Below the pieces are notes generated by a model. It searched no databases. It was not told the DNA's origin and was given only the letters and a program-made list of their open reading frames with translations. DNA of 64,000 nucleotides from a virus: the IMG/VR virus record IMGVR_UViG_3300042991_000159, positions 1 through 64,000 of that record. The stretch is one strand, 5' to 3'. Of the stretch, positions 38,401-46,100 are shown one piece after another (within the stretch, counting starts at the first letter, position 1; each line of letters begins with the position of its first letter). The translations under genes were made by a program, and so were the position numbers.

Positions 38401-38652
38401 TTTGTGTGAAGTAGGTTGATGTAATGCTCTCTCACGTTCAAGATTATTAAGGTCTTTAAGAGTAAGATTTTCGTCATAACGTGAACGTTTTCCTACAATG
38501 CCACCTACCTGTACTACAGGCTCATGTTTCGATACAGAAGTTCCCGGTAATAATGTATAATCAAGATAATCTGAACCGTTCGATGAATTAGGTTTTTGAG
38601 TTAATCCTGAAGCAGGATCAATCATTTCATAGTTTAAATATTCTTCATTCAT
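26494..38652 (-). CDS. Giant virion-associated DNA-dependent RNA polymerase polyprotein (crAss-type)
   Basis: RIPNQG and catalytic GSDFDVDK (DFDVD at 30424-30438); probable start MNEEYL at 38652; C-terminal HExxH motifs. Confidence 0.9.
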   Translation of the reverse strand: MNEEYLNYEMIDPASGLTQKPNSSNGSDYLDYTLLPGTSVSKHEPVVQVGGIVGKRSRYDENLTLKDLNNLERERALHQPTSHKAFNAIVGGIASGALTALEDVGYLLDFDNNIKRLQGLEEVDTNAFSQVMEDAKKGLEQAMPIHRETDQVFDWSDPGFYFSSLKGILDSAVGFAIPGMAVSKGIGAVQKGIKLGAELTRVNKFVQRSARLDKYLSMIGQNPKIAQAINSGVSGYITNFAEGKMMAIEQFENSMGQMQQGLFEQNYNEQQALNPEMSKEELIQKAEQITNLQLETDKLKEFETIAGEKANQFINRNKVFALTDAIGLHGIFKAKGVTRNLLKEKNLTTWAKRFGTLSTDNLLIQGAKEGAEEIGQNIIQMEGQYQSRKEAGLDVSDIPEDLTQRVIQFATSDQALLEGLMGVFGGGPQRVFTEAVSGNLAPSSKKQYAARYQEQQEQIEANKQFVNQKLSWLAQAEALKAESYATGKDNFAEIVKKSVFRMIAKENFQKGTTEKLERDLQDVANTTPEEAKANGWDNNYKEQAEIQLRELQRMESDYNRYGRYENQADIFFNRENRQSLQQDINEVRRVRDEIEADLEFQENRDPQMEDRLTEYNKTLETLTENLNELDVAYKFMISPETQIKERKKVKDKKEQQEKIIKDLKDKVKRERKEEEVETKRKKAEKKDKVDKERQAEKKDKIEQQAEQQAEEAGIVEDETPDMFDVEAAADAQIPEDKDVTDIPADQIEQEKRKLQLDSEFNDATTNLTLEGSDKVSLTNTLINLTKTAKNSLGVSIEDVVDEMIDRVGVVATENAFPALEEAYKIIYPNYQIIGDFNKFIKPTVDERREIDGQNSHGNVSTKTQYTDNTNEQIKNAQDQIDVVINGKNIDEDPSENNIKTDYLRVRSGATKLAYLARKYINKFKKGLASKEDIEDAINADMLVPELLDQHQFKVGDKVRLEIDDNENNRVYDEDTGEITTWGAKIAKWNADPKLTTEQIKEKILEQTPIAVYSNGKKIGYLHETIWINEKNISGNVAQDKDRNRTIRRYMLKNKTFDTKISKKTTGYLQRSVDGNIKTSQAMPEKSLPIVVGRKGNYVTDRNTDYKGGKLLNKTEPQEGVTYIMIPIGIDQEIAIPLLMDKVSEHEQILEGMMTALEIFYYEKNDEKSNKIVDGILKESNNTINITTPQGITDYLQMFINNYDIGESSDLKIFLAENTGNKQSRTVFTSMKRRENDVNFQISRGQGIGRTFINKDWISKHSPNEQTVRLEKIREKLSNMYLQTNLENTQDKAIYIDTEGNVTSMSYNEHTKNTSKIPFISFNIGTEKNPNYVYTSQPVIEMDFSAIEEETEETEIEKFKRLLKEWNDPNTTPERKDELEPIIAGMYYAEGEMITYEEKKKQTAEKKKAREKPQDIKPENPTGFEDYDEDMNPQDTDFTANIAAPLDKDALARMKKDADVTVEDGELKGVIIADMGAAKQRQVTDYMRAKLVETLYKQKKVQTGKIYGTIKKMFESNRDKAERNLAKAKVIGDEELIARHQTALNEFNLILNNWSKLVALTDDQLTRIDDITIKPGDEEEDKTTEEKEATNENDGWGDVITLNPVRGLASEIKWFMSGIRKFKVDHTGKVVPSKNYLGLSETMTFQELYNIVQRLTANKKPDFDEIMFELRRIANDSETMKTFPFMKEFVSKLEGAPQQIKNQFVVGMTNHDVNMRFVMWGQNYKGEWELVEQQSNASAIADVVLRDWYVNLIVNTAVRNPNDATDYVLAETDRDRLWETFQKWTESPNPIVHANEMRQWLQELGITLTNETFRDLIAGEVKRYGKKVSLKNQMMKGGLFHVLASNIHTRQDASLISGNRLITEGVVKNLAKHEAMYAAYSYSNSHRTGNKTVYSYGQNKYMINRVREMKDFKNGTNPLIDQLSELSFNGASQWIDLLKENGGDNAFTANFDRWIFSLEPLKKMKAKSRDNAEMGKLSQGEIELAKIGMLQASYTDNKNEGNRVIQILYPTTSDKTTIMGLRVLARDLTMDREGNLTDESIETLYDVLVEPEIRRIKSFELKRKNGNTPNVEGYSKGAGQFLFLPEINTIPDVFIGGELNPDIRLDGKVKDAIKNKIKEYVLSLVDEKQAEWKMEGIGEGNNDYMNSEYMSGSLAKKHNPLNGVDQKNRIRGAATDMVFQYLIANAEIAMTFTGDPALYYKQAKVNENKSRTDKDYDFVADAKATYINIGKRLAGDIAPGYELAGANENRYVQGFIADPKSKSEAAFQITKLLDGQEAYDKVKATKNPSELKKTIKGLNSERYYSFDSADAQEYTTWKEHLYVMKQSGELSDEEYNEAYFALSNNKDIVSKKLLGKVMQPMKPVYVDNKIDEADDVEKRIYIKSSSFPLLPQLTRGTDLENLRIAMENQGIDRVAYSTAVKVGNIIDPLNIFGEDGKIIKADEISFTGKKTQLERKGFRIQQKIPEKSVNEITKVTQASKNLFVNMLNVGGFKVPWINDGKEIDGATFQEEYHKVFNQLHEIEKQKLLDELQWNPKTESYNRNELRRILLEEAKSRNYPISDQEMIQLDDELDFLAFSPSSNKYEALLNSIVTNRVIRLKMPGKSYVLGSEEGFQTLSEKEEKRKTTQAGIIYTSKWTGKLLPAREENGIRLPAQALVPWKFKDKRGNLLKMEDYVTKVNGTLVLDSSKVLPEVLQLFGMRIPNQGPNSQSWIEIVGFLPESSGDLLIATKDYVVQMGSDFDVDKLYTYMYNTYTDSKGNIKVQRREEGEDRSAALQNKIIDTHIAIHSNPAVEVQAQIANPLGFWKLKELAEEVVDLHEARADTGQIRVITQKFISRQDLKNNPDKLYLFGDNLEKTGLDGQAKEMRGEPNALGIPTKKKPSMDKDSFFTDDEYEENTLYINEAFDSIPEGRTIVIPEDGFGTGLAKLKEKAPKTFEYLQFKLASLQQAGSRKMFTGLSDKYQRDKFKNATAGKAGVGVFSLDSMFNTIAQGKDLVIRDRDEDGNLIPLEITFGKLTSKGNLSEELALDGKTYKSDIIAGYQSAAVDNEKEQILDKLNINNHTFKVIKILNQLGFGEEVPLFISQDIIVDYVKELDRLGSSLTGYIPNKEEVAKTNVFAMDKYQVRDDEEFNSELAHEKATPAQMRAYIKNGAAEPNYAMAQRLFLHKFVYINDLGKVIQTLQSTINPDSAGLGKSVMESQLKEDQVFDLLASPVLNAELLIGDIVKNPKADQVKKLEAEGYIFRRHGGKVYYVKPSNINGQAIVHGLFTNNDLWSVLFPYKQSGIEAMFNKIEEIGAGSNEVQVADKANRRLAVWKEMKSFFYADESLGLHDSTITQERERLLYDKWDENGNNTKESLATVLRKIKKTEFGKAHPFLSQLEGEPQKNGDPSLVTFNASKAEDPDETAMYGSFIEMLQAEDSDGNSPIITTFNGNSYSLKELAQDLILYSYITGGIQEAIQFVKYIPATYLANIPFMKNLADQRFLARDLEISVMNDDVDEYYNIPTFVQQYFQHHPERLSSVTEEDIIKVKDGFTLKQEVIDVIGKLVSFQMRSPAYVTFRGKTGIKLFKFDTRSQSYKEIDRLGIFGASEYNRNTYDQVSLIERNKKSSKTKNPTNPAPGEPIPEGGRIASRKGRDNLLNDLKNGKQKSLTFLDGKEKIKSVLNEIITYGDDKYQSTLAQEIFDSVDVLPQSFTLSVLNSPTGLSAGQIDYGENDITLYKDTLSSELFNTAYKVNKVFIHELLHALTGYKVRYYTLEKSGEKDRFEAFKRITGVTLTDRERKIIESIDNLREKAKNVITQSPEHKEAYDTFIKNFESKTKGGEVSEAEISSYYGFTNTEEFISQALTDPEFQKLLNNIPFSKERTFWDAIKEKLVNLLKVIGFDVVEGSVLEHTLYETLDLITDNKQTYRGMIVEEGEFQTATGEPGGAQYDREKNIIKINTNLLSEKYNQKAWTTPRKQKDGTYAMALKEDTFTTFEEWKNFVMEHEYQHSVQPKRQEIEGMGVYEDRINQGALKNIYLSNRDAGIAPSNLRAIISDREVEERIKRCKG

Positions 38653-38653
38653 A

Positions 38654-40519
38654 CTATTGAATTTTACCCGGATTGCCCGACAAACCTTCGTAATTATTAA
38701 ATCTTGTATCAACTGCTCCTGCTACCATTTCTTGATACTGTTCAAGACTAATAGGTTGTCTTGTTCTAGTATTGTGGTCAATAAGAATTATCTGTTTCTT
38801 ATTTCCGTTAATTATACTTCCTTCTCCCTCCACATAAACTTGTTGACCAGTTGGTTCCCCTTTATAATCAAGAATATCAACAGGTCTCATTTCACCCGGA
38901 GCAATACTTGTTGGGTTATAGTAAGATTCAGTTACGAATTGTGCTGACTCTAACATATCTTGTGTTTGAACGTCAGGTGAAAAATTAATAGTTACTGGTT
39001 TGGCTCCTTTTTTTCCTTCTTTAGCGGGTATAGTCATAGATATTGTTCCTTCTGTAACATTAATGCGAGTATCAAGTTTCTTATCTGCCATAGCTTCTTC
39101 CAAATCCTGATAAGTATTGTAACCTAATTGATCGGCAACACCTTTTTTACCAAATACATCTCCCGTAGTTTCTATTCCTTGAACAGTAAAATCACCAGAA
39201 TTAATATTGCTAAACGCTTGAATCTTCAGATTAGAAGAAGAATCTTCTAATCTTGTATTCCAAGTAAGTCTTGCAGATTCGGATGCGTTCTGAAGATAAT
39301 TTTCATATGCTTTAAATGCTTCATCACGTGTAAGATTCTTTAATTCAGGATATTCTGAACCAAGAACATTATAATAATCGTTCAAATACTTCTCTCTTAC
39401 ACCAAGAGCACGTTGTCTTTCATTTTCTCTCTGCTGCGCTGTCATATTGTCATAGAAAACAGGGGTACTTCCAAGAGGTCCACCTGCTGTAGGAGCACCT
39501 GTACCTCCTGCTCCCGGTTCTCTTAGCATAGCTTTATGTTTTTCTAATCTACCATTAGCTTCAGTTGAAAGTACCGGTTGATAGTTAGCTGAACCAAAAT
39601 AAGGATTGACAACTTCCCCCTCCAGACTCTTTTTAAAGTCTGCAATCTGATAAGGATTAACCTCAAGACTCATATCTTGTTGACGGAATACAGAAGGAGC
39701 AATATTACCAAGAAGGGTTTGTCTCGTAGCTTCAGCTAACGTATCTCCTTTAAGTCCAAATTTCTCTTTCTGAGTTGGATCAAGACTACTAAAACCTTCA
39801 ACAAATTCAGGATGTGATTGTTGGAAAGCTAATTGAATAGCGGGGTCTTTCGCCATCTCTTCAATTTTCGTACGAGTAACCTGAGTTACCTTAGTACCTG
39901 TAATGAATCCTTCAAATTCTTCAGGACTAATATTATATCTTTTATATTGATCCGGAGTAAGAGAAGAGAAAATATCTCTTGCTGTCTTTCCCCAATCTCC
40001 TTGTTCAACCACTCTACCTGTAAACTGATCAACTCCACGTACCTGTCCTTGTTCATCCATTGTAGTAAGTTGCCTTGGGTCTTGACCAAATATCATAGCT
40101 TTTGGACCAAACTTAGTAACTTGTTCTTCAAATGCTTGTCTTTTTTTCTCAACCTCTTTTTGAGCATTCCAAAACGGATTAGCTCTAAGTTCACTCACTT
40201 GTCTCGCTACAGTTTTAGCTGCTCTTCCCCAATCACCACCGAATTGTTCTTCAACAGTCTTATCAATATTACTCATAGAATCATTAATAATTTGATTCTT
40301 TGAAGCAATATCTGCCATACCTACTTGTTGTTGAGCCATAGCATCTTTATCCGCAAGTGCTCCTGCAAACGCTGTATCATAACCAGCTTGTCTTCCTCTT
40401 AGTTGTTCCTGAAGAAAGTCAATAGGTATAGGATTAAAAAACGATTGATAGTCTCCTATCATTGGTTGATTCGAGTATTGACTCGAATATCTTTGTTGCG
40501 GTGGATATTTAGTCGCCAT
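38654..40519 (-). CDS. Virion cargo protein
   Basis: Position upstream of the RNAP; N-terminal Y..FF.PIP motif. Confidence 0.6.
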   Translation of the reverse strand: MATKYPPQQRYSSQYSNQPMIGDYQSFFNPIPIDFLQEQLRGRQAGYDTAFAGALADKDAMAQQQVGMADIASKNQIINDSMSNIDKTVEEQFGGDWGRAAKTVARQVSELRANPFWNAQKEVEKKRQAFEEQVTKFGPKAMIFGQDPRQLTTMDEQGQVRGVDQFTGRVVEQGDWGKTARDIFSSLTPDQYKRYNISPEEFEGFITGTKVTQVTRTKIEEMAKDPAIQLAFQQSHPEFVEGFSSLDPTQKEKFGLKGDTLAEATRQTLLGNIAPSVFRQQDMSLEVNPYQIADFKKSLEGEVVNPYFGSANYQPVLSTEANGRLEKHKAMLREPGAGGTGAPTAGGPLGSTPVFYDNMTAQQRENERQRALGVREKYLNDYYNVLGSEYPELKNLTRDEAFKAYENYLQNASESARLTWNTRLEDSSSNLKIQAFSNINSGDFTVQGIETTGDVFGKKGVADQLGYNTYQDLEEAMADKKLDTRINVTEGTISMTIPAKEGKKGAKPVTINFSPDVQTQDMLESAQFVTESYYNPTSIAPGEMRPVDILDYKGEPTGQQVYVEGEGSIINGNKKQIILIDHNTRTRQPISLEQYQEMVAGAVDTRFNNYEGLSGNPGKIQ

Positions 40520-40521
40520 GA

Positions 40522-41598
40522 TTATGAAACTTTATCATTTGTGTTTCTGAATGTTACTTTCTTTATTGGATCAGTTATTCCAAGAATCCTTCTTAATAAA
40601 GTAGGATCGGATTGTAACAGACCATAGTTCGGATTTCGTGATAGTTCCATATTAACCATCTGATCATAATTACCTGCACTTGTCTTATCACGTAAATATC
40701 CAGATAACGCATCAGTAATACCAGAAATCGAATTTGCTTTACGTTCATTATTAATAAATGCGTTTTCTCTTTTTAACTGAGTAGAAAGTAGTTGATTCCT
40801 GTCATTAATCTGTCTTGCTTGTAATGCCTGTTGAGCATTCATTTGTGAAGTCTGATTCTTAATTTGGGCATTAACATTTCCTTCTTGTTGTAGACTTTGT
40901 CCAAATTGTTCACCTGCAACTCTTTGTGTTCCTGTTCTACCTGCTATGATATTTTCCATAGCACCAGCCTGAGAACCTGCGGATGCTGCACCACGAGTTA
41001 TCATCGCATTAGATAAATCTCTCTCACGCATAACCTGTTCACGCTCCCTGCTATAATCTACAAGGTTCGGAGCAATTTTTTCAGGTGTGTATGTATCTGG
41101 TTCATAAGTTGGTAAATCTAATGGTCTATTTGCAAACAGATTTCCAATAGCTCCTGCTGCATATCCCATCCAAGGAACTCTTGATTGAAAAGGTTGTTCA
41201 CCAGCACCGGCTGTCGGAGAAGTACCTCCCATACTTGTTGGGTTAAGAGTTGGATTCAAATATCCTTCTCCTGTATTAAAGTTTATTCCTGTACTGAAGT
41301 TTGTAGCCATAGCAGGAGTATTAAGTTTTGGTGCAATTCCTTCTTGATAACCCATACCGGGAAGAAATGTACCACCAGTATCATACATGGGAAGTGAACC
41401 ACCCATAGCGAATTGTTGTCCACCTTGAGGTCCAATACTCATTCTAACTTCTTCTTGCTTTTGCTGTAAAGCAGTAAGTTCCGCTTCCATAGCCTTACGA
41501 GCTAACGGATCGTTTTTATCAAACTTATCTCCGAGTCTAAGTTTGTATCTGTTCATTATTTTCTTTGCTTCCTGAGCAAAAGTCTTTTCACGTTTCAT
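40522..41598 (-). CDS. Virion cargo protein (Gln/Ala-rich coiled coil)
   Basis: TFAQEAKKI...NDPL and xxGG motifs; position in the cargo block. Confidence 0.6.
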   Translation of the reverse strand: MKREKTFAQEAKKIMNRYKLRLGDKFDKNDPLARKAMEAELTALQQKQEEVRMSIGPQGGQQFAMGGSLPMYDTGGTFLPGMGYQEGIAPKLNTPAMATNFSTGINFNTGEGYLNPTLNPTSMGGTSPTAGAGEQPFQSRVPWMGYAAGAIGNLFANRPLDLPTYEPDTYTPEKIAPNLVDYSREREQVMRERDLSNAMITRGAASAGSQAGAMENIIAGRTGTQRVAGEQFGQSLQQEGNVNAQIKNQTSQMNAQQALQARQINDRNQLLSTQLKRENAFINNERKANSISGITDALSGYLRDKTSAGNYDQMVNMELSRNPNYGLLQSDPTLLRRILGITDPIKKVTFRNTNDKVS

Positions 41599-41599
41599 C

Positions 41600-43090
41600 T
41601 TAATCGAATTTAAGTCGGTTACTAAATACGTATCCGTTCCATGTAACTTCCCCTTTCTCAGTCATTCCTACTGCTGAAGTCCTTGACATTTTTGCAGGAT
41701 TACCTTTTGCGTCAACAGGGATACCACCTACACCTTCTTGGTGAGTATTACCATTTGAATATTCTGTTATCTGAGGTTGCTGATTCATGAATCCCATTCC
41801 TATTTGTCCACCATCTTCATGTTGTATTAAACCATTTTGAGAATAATACTTTGCTAATTCGAGATCAGTAGTTATTCCTGTTTTATTTTTAATAGCATAT
41901 TCTCTAGCTTCATCATTATTCATATGTATTAAACTATCTCCTTGTTGTACAATTTCAGGAAAAATCATTGCTGTACTATCTGACAACGGATGATAACTAA
42001 GACCGTGTGAACTTGTTTTTCCACTACCGGGATTGTAAGGGTCTGGAATATTTAACTTATTACCTTCAAGATATCTTTTAATCCAAGGGTTATTTTTGTT
42101 AGCAATAGTAAGACTATCAGCTCTACTTTTTAAATCTCCACCATTCTCAAACGTAGCACCGTAGTTAACTTGTTTAGTATCAAGTACATTACCAAGTCTT
42201 GTCTTTCTGTTTGCAAGTCTTTCTTGTTCTGCTTGTGATGCAGCTAATTCATCTGCTTGTTGTTGCATCATATCTTCTTGAGAGTTCTTCTGTTGAATCC
42301 CGGAAATTGCACTACCAGCAGTACTTAGAATTGGTCCAGCTATTTGTCCAATTGCCGGTATCATACTTACCAGAGAACCTGCTCCTTTAAGTAATCCAGC
42401 ACCGTTTTCTTTTAACCAACTACCAAACCCATACTGCATAAGACCCCCACCATATCCATGCTTTGCAAAACTTTTTTCCATTTCAATTAACCTGTTATAA
42501 TAATCAGGACCCTGATTCTTGAAATGATCTGTTGCAATTTTTCTTGCTATCTTAGTTGATTCAGCTTTATTTTTAACATTTCCGGTATGTTCATGTTCTA
42601 TTTTAATACCTTTTTTCATGAAGTCCTTAGAAGGAGAACCTTTATAAGTCTGACCTTTAGGTTTTTTCAGGTCTTCTCCTATCTTAGCAAGCTTCTTATA
42701 ATATGTAGGACCAGCTTCTTCGAAATGATCCTTGGCAACTTGTTTTGCTATTTTAAGATTACCAGAATGTTCTTTTTCAACTCGTACACCTGCACTCATA
42801 GCACCAGCAGGAATCTTTCCCCCATAAGCTCTAAGCTGTAATGCTGGTTTACCGTCAACAACAGGTCCAGCTACAAGTGTACCTCCATTAGCATACAGCA
42901 TTCCACCAAGCTCGTGATTCCACTTTCTAGCATTAATAGCAAACTGTTTTTTCTTACGTATAGCAGGAGAGTCTCCTGATTTGATACTCAGCTTACTAGC
43001 TGGTATTTTTTGCCCTTCTGAAACTCCAAGATGTTTGCGAAGCGATCCTCGTTTTGAAGGCTTGATATAAATTTTTGGTTTAGTGGACAT
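41600..43090 (-). CDS. Modular virion cargo protein with two DUF5661-like repeats
   Basis: Two G..[VI]E.EH....A..[VI]A.DH.....YY..L repeats; C-terminal THQEG...EKGEV...YVFSNRL; ATG at 43090 preferred. Confidence 0.65.
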   Translation of the reverse strand: MSTKPKIYIKPSKRGSLRKHLGVSEGQKIPASKLSIKSGDSPAIRKKKQFAINARKWNHELGGMLYANGGTLVAGPVVDGKPALQLRAYGGKIPAGAMSAGVRVEKEHSGNLKIAKQVAKDHFEEAGPTYYKKLAKIGEDLKKPKGQTYKGSPSKDFMKKGIKIEHEHTGNVKNKAESTKIARKIATDHFKNQGPDYYNRLIEMEKSFAKHGYGGGLMQYGFGSWLKENGAGLLKGAGSLVSMIPAIGQIAGPILSTAGSAISGIQQKNSQEDMMQQQADELAASQAEQERLANRKTRLGNVLDTKQVNYGATFENGGDLKSRADSLTIANKNNPWIKRYLEGNKLNIPDPYNPGSGKTSSHGLSYHPLSDSTAMIFPEIVQQGDSLIHMNNDEAREYAIKNKTGITTDLELAKYYSQNGLIQHEDGGQIGMGFMNQQPQITEYSNGNTHQEGVGGIPVDAKGNPAKMSRTSAVGMTEKGEVTWNGYVFSNRLKFD

Positions 43091-43172
43091 AATATTTTTT
43101 ATTATAGTGATTTTCACCCTATTCTGTAAAAATAGTCATTAATATATTACCCACCAAATAAACGATATAGTA

Positions 43173-46100
43173 TTATTTATTAGATGGAGTATAAGAAGTT
43201 ATTATATCATGAGCAACAAATCGTCTATCATTTACATCATTTGTATATGTAAGCTTTATAAATAAGTGAGTATCACGGAATCGTGAGTCTCTTCTTAATT
43301 TAGCTGTAGCTCCATCCGGTTCGTATCTTGCTCTTGGTATAGCATATCTCCATTTTCTCATTCTACGTTTTACATTTACATTTGGAGTTAATGCAATACC
43401 TGCTGCAAGTGTACCTTGATATGTATTCCATGCTTTAAATCTTGTAAAGGTAGAATCAACTTCAGTTCCATTAGGAGCATAAAGTTCTGATAACCAAGCA
43501 AGATTGTTGAAGATAGCAACATCTGTCTGAGGATTGATAAGTAATGTTATACTTGAATCTACATAACTTCCATACAGATATCCTCTATTTGCATAAACAT
43601 CATTATGTTTAAAGAAATTAATATGATCTCTTGATCCAAGAACTTTATCTCTGTAGTTAATAACATAGCTAGGATAATAATCAAAGAACCCTGTAAATGC
43701 ATCTGTAAGTTCGTTATATACAAGTGACCAGTTGTTTACATTGTTATTTACCCATATCTCGTTAAACTCCGGATCGTTGAATAACTGAAGATGGGTTGGT
43801 GTAGTTATAGCTGATCTGAAATATGAATCCATTCCTTTCATTATAGACACTTCTTCCGGACCACCAGTATATTTATACAACGCTTTATTGATAGCATCAA
43901 TCCAATATAATCCGTTAGCTGTCAATAGGACATGACGTTTATCTGAAGCTCCAACATTAGTTTTGGCGTAATCAAATCTATCAAGAACTCCTGAAGTACC
44001 AAGAGACAGTTGAGAAATCTGAGTTGTCTGTAACAAAGCACGTTCATTAACTGAGAGAATACCGAAAGCTCTCGGTTGGAAGAAAAGTAACTTCTCGTTG
44101 ACAGTAATCAATTTGGTAATCTCTCCCCACTGAGGATCAACGTCTTTATAAGAATTTACTCTGAAATTTAACCAACTATCAGATAACTCATTAGTAGTCT
44201 TTATATCAGAAGCATATGTTCTAACAGGATATTCAAGTTGAGAAACAAAATCAAACGGAGCTTGAATGAATATCTTAGTATCATTTTCTTTGCTATAAAC
44301 CGTATTATATCTGTAAAGATCATTTGGTTGAACAAGATCGTCTGCTATACCATTACTCCAAATTCCTGCTGATTCATGAATAAGATCAGATGTTGTGAAT
44401 ATACGATGATAACAATTATCTAATCTCAAAGGGAGGTTAATACTTGTCTCTACAGGAAAATATATAACTTCCGGTTGAGTTGAAGTAGCTGAATCCTGTT
44501 CCCAAGAACTGTAGAGATAATCAAACATTCCAATATACGTATCTCCACCGAATACAAGAATACTTGTATTCGCAATATCTTGTATATCAGATGCAACCAT
44601 ATAGGTGTTCTGTTTTCTATTATTGAAAGTAAGACCTCCATATATAGTTGAGAAAGAGTTCCTTCTATAGTTAATCAATTTTCTCGCACTATCATATGCT
44701 GTATTCTTACTTCTCCAAGATGTATTATCTGCTCCAAAAACAAAAGATATACCTTTATCCGTATGATCTGTAGGATTATTTACATAAAATATGTTTGTTC
44801 CAATAATAGCTTCTACCTGCTCCTGAGTAACAATTTTTCCATCATAAATAGTTGTTTTGGATGTAATATCGTTCTCGTCACCCGCAGCCGATCCAGCACC
44901 ACCGGGAGTCTCCGGTAACTGAGGATTATTCATTGCATTTACAGCATAATATCTATATAATATCAAGTCTGTAAGATAAGTATCTACTGCTACGTTTGTA
45001 CTAAACTCTCCCACCTCTTGTAAACGATCACTTGATCTTTGAGTAAGATTTTTATTAAAAGCTACTTCAGGAGAAGCAAAGGTATGAATGTCAAGTGTTG
45101 ATGAACCAATAGTCCAATTTACTGAACGTGGATATCCAGAAACTGTTTGTGTAGGACCAACTATTCCCTGTGCCATTACTGTTCTATCAGCAGACTCTCT
45201 TTTAACTCTAACAATTTGATAACTCTCTGCCTCAGAAGGAAGATTGCTAAGTTCAAATTGAAGATGAAGAATATTACCTTTTGTAACATTACTATCATAC
45301 CATGCTATAGTATGATCAGCAGATGCTGCTGTTCCCGGTGTATAAGCGAATGTTTCAGTATAATTTATATATGTTCCACCATAATCATTTACGTAATAAC
45401 TGCCGGGATTCTTATCCCATTTGATTGTCCACAATCCTCCCACGTTTGCACTTTGAGTAACATCGTTTCCAACAATAGGATGACCTGCTATCATATTACG
45501 TATAATGTTTCCGACCATCGTTCTGTCAAAGTCGGTAATACTATTGTCATAACTAAAAGTATATATATTACCATCACTTCCTCTAATCTGTATCCTATAA
45601 TCATTATAGGGACCTTCATAGTTAATATATATTGTACCTTCTTGATTTACACCACCTGAACCACCGGTAAGATTGTACATATCTACATCTGAAATTGTAC
45701 TAATAGAAGGCATACGAATATCTGCAATCCATTTAACGAAAGAGGCTCTTCCTTTTTCATCAAAGAAAACGACACCAAATCTATAAATTTCATCTCTATG
45801 GTATCCAAGATAATTAACTACGTTATAAGGACTTGCGTATCCTTCATAAGAAGGATTATCAACAGTTCCTTCAGGAACAGTATAAAGTTCTTGTGGTATT
45901 CCAGTAAACTCATCTATTGTTGTTTCTTTTATCTTAAATTTGTAAGATACATTTGGTCCTTCTCCACCGGGAACTATACCATCTGCTTGATACATATATC
46001 TATATTCGTGATTCCCATCATTATCAAGATCGTTGAATTTGTTGATAGCATCAGCGTCTTCAGGAATGCTCCACGCTGTTCCATATCCACTTTGATCATA

